Source: Naegleria gruberi
Taxonomy: Eukaryota
Assembly: GCA_000004985.1 (NCBI GenBank)
Contig: GG739597.1
Length of the DNA: 1,048 nt
Reading direction: 5' to 3' (one strand)
The notes beneath the pieces are model-generated. The model saw only the letters and a program-made list of their open reading frames with translations, ran no database searches and was not told the DNA's origin. Below, piece after piece: positions 1-1,048 of the stretch. Every line of letters begins with the position of its first letter. Position 1 is the stretch's first letter. The position numbers were made by a program, and so were the translations under genes.

Positions 1-743
1 TTGTCGTATAGCTCCAATGAAGTGAGAGAATTCAAAAAAGGTGCTTTCGTTAAAACAGTGCATCCAGTATCGCCAATCCTGTTAAAAGAAAGATCCAATT
101 CTTTCAGTTTAGTTAACGGAAGTGAGCAAAGGACTTCTAGTCCTTTGTGCGTTAATACGTTGTATCTGTATGTAAACTTTCTTAATCCTCTCAATTGGTT
201 TGCATTATTCTGAGATAGAATACTAATACCTAAACTTCCCAATTTGCTATACGAAAGATCCAATACCTGTAGAGCTGTAAAGTTTACAATCGGAATGGAT
301 AGTTTGTAATGATGTAAATCAAAACCCTTCACACAAAATTCTCTGGCAGAATTAAATCTTCCTTCCTTACAACACAATAAGAATGACTGATTCCTTTGAG
401 TGTCAACATTCAAATTCGTTTGAATTATCAATTGATTGAAATTATTCACAGAATTATACCAAGCCTTACAAACCAAGAAAGCCACCCGAAAAAGCCATTG
501 GCATGGAAAGAATGTAAACACTTCATTAGTGATAATATCCAGAGGAATATGCGTCATCATCATGATTATTTTGTTATTATTTTCATCATCAACATGATTA
601 ATTATTGTTGTTGAATTTAATCCGATAATAGTAGGAGGAGGTGCTTGCTGGAGTTGTTGTTCTCTTGGAGGAGGCTCCTCTATTACTGATTGTTGCTTCT
701 TTCTTTTCGGAAGAGCAGAATGTCCATTACTCAATCTTTTCAT
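1..743 (-). CDS. F-box / leucine-rich-repeat protein, N-terminal 247 codons; 3' end runs past window position 1. Likely SCF ubiquitin-ligase substrate receptor.
   Basis: Hand translation of the minus strand gives one uninterrupted frame from ATG (plus 741-743 = 'cat') to position 3, with 2 nt left over. Upstream in the same frame there are stops at TGA (780-782) and TAA (783-785), so this ATG is the first available start. The start context is A-rich (gaaaaaaATGaaa). Translation: MKRLSNGHSALPKRKKQQSVIEEPPPREQQLQQAPPPTIIGLNSTTIINHVDDENNNKIIMMMTHIPLDIITNEVFTFFPCQWLFRVAFLVCKAWYNSVNNFNQLIIQTNLNVDTQRNQSFLLCCKEGRFNSAREFCVKGFDLHHYKLSIPIVNFTALQVLDLSYSKLGSLGISILSQNNANQLRGLRKFTYRYNVLTHKGLEVLCSLPLTKLKELDLSFNRIGDTGCTVLTKAPFLNSLTSLELYD. 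It contains a recognisable F-box consensus and LRR consensus repeats. The other two minus-strand frames are broken by stops. Confidence 0.8.
   Translation of the reverse strand, partial: MKRLSNGHSALPKRKKQQSVIEEPPPREQQLQQAPPPTIIGLNSTTIINHVDDENNNKIIMMMTHIPLDIITNEVFTFFPCQWLFRVAFLVCKAWYNSVNNFNQLIIQTNLNVDTQRNQSFLLCCKEGRFNSAREFCVKGFDLHHYKLSIPIVNFTALQVLDLSYSKLGSLGISILSQNNANQLRGLRKFTYRYNVLTHKGLEVLCSLPLTKLKELDLSFNRIGDTGCTVLTKAPFLNSLTSLELYD
3..281 (-). other. Region coding for ribonuclease-inhibitor-type leucine-rich repeats (at least 4 repeats, residues ~155-247; truncated by the window edge)
   Basis: Repeats read directly from the translation: FTALQVLDLSYSKLGSLGISILSQ, LRGLRKFTYRYNVLTHKGLEVLCSL, LTKLKELDLSFNRIGDTGCTVLTKA and PFLNSLTSLELYD. 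These fit LxxLxxLxLxxNxIGDxGxxxLxxA. The 2 leftover nucleotides 'aa' at positions 2-1 would begin the Asn or Lys codon expected at the consensus N position. Confidence 0.65.
435..551 (-). other. F-box motif (protein residues ~65-103) within the minus-strand CDS
   Basis: The segment HIPLDIITNEVFTFFPCQWLFRVAFLVCKAWYNSVNNFN matches the F-box pattern LPxEIlxxIfxxLxxxdLxxxxxVCKxWxxLxxd. It has the hallmark I-P, the hydrophobic spacing and the V-C-K-x-W core. Confidence 0.7.
553..593 (-). repeat. Short trinucleotide (CAT/ATC) repeat tracts inside the CDS, encoding the low-complexity peptide NHVDDENNNKIIMMMTH
   Basis: The plus strand shows catcatcat (555-563) and catcatc (584-590) flanking att/tat repeats. 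On the minus strand these give ATG ATG ATG (MMM), GAT GAT (DD) and AAT AAT AAC (NNN), immediately N-terminal of the F-box. Confidence 0.3.
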
Positions 744-860
744 TTTTTTCAGGAAATTGTAAAACTCTTCAATTTGACATCATTAAGTTGACTTTTGATA
801 TTGGGCCCTTTCAATTTACAGGAGTTGAGCAATATAGTACTCCAGATAATAAAGATAAAA
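744..860 (-). promoter_or_regulatory. Putative core promoter and 5' leader of the F-box/LRR gene, with a TATA-like element (tatatt, plus 831-836) and an A-rich translation start context (744-752)
   Basis: This is the only space available between the 3'-end signals of the upstream gene and the ATG at 743. On the minus strand TATATT lies ~90 nt upstream of the ATG. The sequence gaaaaaaATG places A at -3 and -1 to -6, the preferred eukaryotic/yeast start context. No Shine-Dalgarno-like sequence is present. Confidence 0.3.
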
Positions 861-880
861 TTTTTTTATTTGATATAAAA
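861..880 (-). terminator. Putative mRNA 3'-end formation signals for the upstream gene: a TATAT-containing element followed by AATAAAAAAA
   Basis: The minus strand reads ttttatatca (880-871) then aataaaaaaa (870-861), beginning ~40 nt after the TAA at 919-921. This matches the yeast-type arrangement of a UA-rich efficiency element plus an A-rich/AAUAAA positioning element. It also matches a canonical AAUAAA polyadenylation signal. Confidence 0.4.
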
Positions 881-918
881 GTTCAATTTTCAAAATATTT
901 AATTAATCCTTCAATTGC

Positions 919-1048
919 TTAATAGTAGCAGTCCATTCTTTCCAAATGGTGAACCTTAGCAATTTGATTGTTTTCAACGGTGTGAATATCAATGGTCATA
1001 ATCTTGAATTGCTTTGAACCATCACATTCAATTCCCATGAAATTGCCC
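919..1048 (-). CDS. 3' end of an upstream minus-strand gene (last 42 codons plus TAA stop; 5' part lies beyond position 1048). Product unidentified.
   Basis: The minus-strand frame entering at 1047 reads GNFMGIECDGSKQFKIMTIDIHTVENNQIAKVHHLERMDCYY, then TAA (plus 919-921 = 'tta'). The other two minus frames in this stretch stop almost immediately (GQFHGN* and ...SRL*). The composition and codon choice resemble the downstream F-box gene. The stop is followed by 3'-end signals. It is shorter than the ORF-track threshold, which is why it was not listed. Confidence 0.5.
   Translation of the reverse strand, partial: GNFMGIECDGSKQFKIMTIDIHTVENNQIAKVHHLERMDCYY

Noticed and set aside
1-213. Plus-strand ORF (70 aa, starts at the window edge with TTG)
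   Set aside because: It is antisense to the LRR-coding region. It has no ATG and the translation has no LRR or other periodicity. The minus-strand frame over the same bases gives perfect LRR consensus repeats.
396-614. Plus-strand ORF (72 aa) in the track
   Set aside because: It lies entirely antisense to the F-box-coding part of the minus-strand gene. Its product ends in …HHHDYFVIIFIINMINYCC, which is a mirror of the CAT/AAT repeats. It has no start context or recognisable domain.
667-681. Inverted repeat ggaggag / ctcctc that could be read as a hairpin or operator
   Set aside because: It is the consequence of adjacent GAG GAG (EE) and CCT CCT (PP) codons in the minus-strand CDS. The implied loop is 1-2 nt, which is too small for a stable RNA hairpin.
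893-917. AT palindromes aaatattt, ttaattaa and caattg just after the upstream gene's stop, considered as hairpin terminators or restriction-site-like repeats
   Set aside because: Short A/T palindromes are expected by chance in a spacer that is almost pure A+T. There are no G:C-stabilised stems and no longer inverted repeat that would form a convincing hairpin.
641-922. Plus-strand ORF (93 aa, GTG start) preceded by a perfect AGGAGG (633-638) that looks like a bacterial Shine-Dalgarno sequence
   Set aside because: The AGGAGGAGG run is simply the antisense of the CCT CCT CCT (PPP) codons of the minus-strand gene. The spacer to the GTG is only 2 nt. The product (MLAGVVVLLEEAPLLLIVASFF…) is hydrophobic, low-complexity nonsense with no motif. 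The ORF runs across the intergenic spacer and into the stop codon region of the upstream gene.
1-1048. Dictyostelium origin (suggested by AT-richness, poly-N/Q, and F-box/LRR content)
   Set aside because: Leucine is encoded mostly by TTG and arginine by AGA in the confident CDS. Dictyostelium overwhelmingly uses TTA for leucine. The codon pattern and 3' signals fit a yeast-like genome better. I remain uncertain, and only a database search can settle it.
1-1048. Prokaryotic novel system: defence island, CRISPR, toxin-antitoxin or operon structure
   Set aside because: There are no direct repeats with spacers, no RBS-coupled co-oriented short ORFs, and no recognisable prokaryotic defence domains. 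The one strong gene is a eukaryote-type F-box/LRR protein with eukaryote-style start and 3'-end contexts. Calling a novel system here would be unsupported.

Overview
The real gene content of this AT-rich 1048-bp window is on the minus strand, which the supplied ORF track does not show. The three plus-strand ORFs in the track are antisense artefacts.

**Gene B, minus strand, 743..1.** A 247-codon ORF starts at ATG (743..741) and runs off the left edge of the window. It encodes a clear F-box motif (IPLDIITNEVFTFFPCQWLFRVAFLVCKAWYNSV) followed by at least four ribonuclease-inhibitor-type leucine-rich repeats, for example LKELDLSFNRIGDTGCTVLTKA. The first ~60 residues are low-complexity and include a basic PKRKKQQ cluster. 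This looks like a substrate-receptor subunit of an SCF ubiquitin ligase.

**Gene A, minus strand, 1048..919.** The last 42 codons plus a TAA stop of an upstream gene are visible (...GNFMGIECDGSKQFKIMTIDIHTVENNQIAKVHHLERMDCYY*). I cannot identify the product.

**Intergenic region, 744..918.** This 175-bp stretch carries eukaryote-style 3'-end signals for gene A (TATAT then AATAAAAAAA). It also carries an A-rich start context for gene B (gaaaaaaATG).

**Likely source.** Codon preferences (TTG, AGA, CAA) and the 3'-end signals fit a budding-yeast-like AT-rich eukaryote. A giant-virus origin is an alternative: an AAAATTGA motif lies upstream of gene B. An amoeba-symbiont origin is also possible. 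All of this is read by eye and none is tested.

I see no CRISPR array, RNA gene, mobile element or prokaryotic defence system. The sequence does not support a novel multi-gene system here. The most interesting object is the uncharacterised F-box/LRR gene itself.
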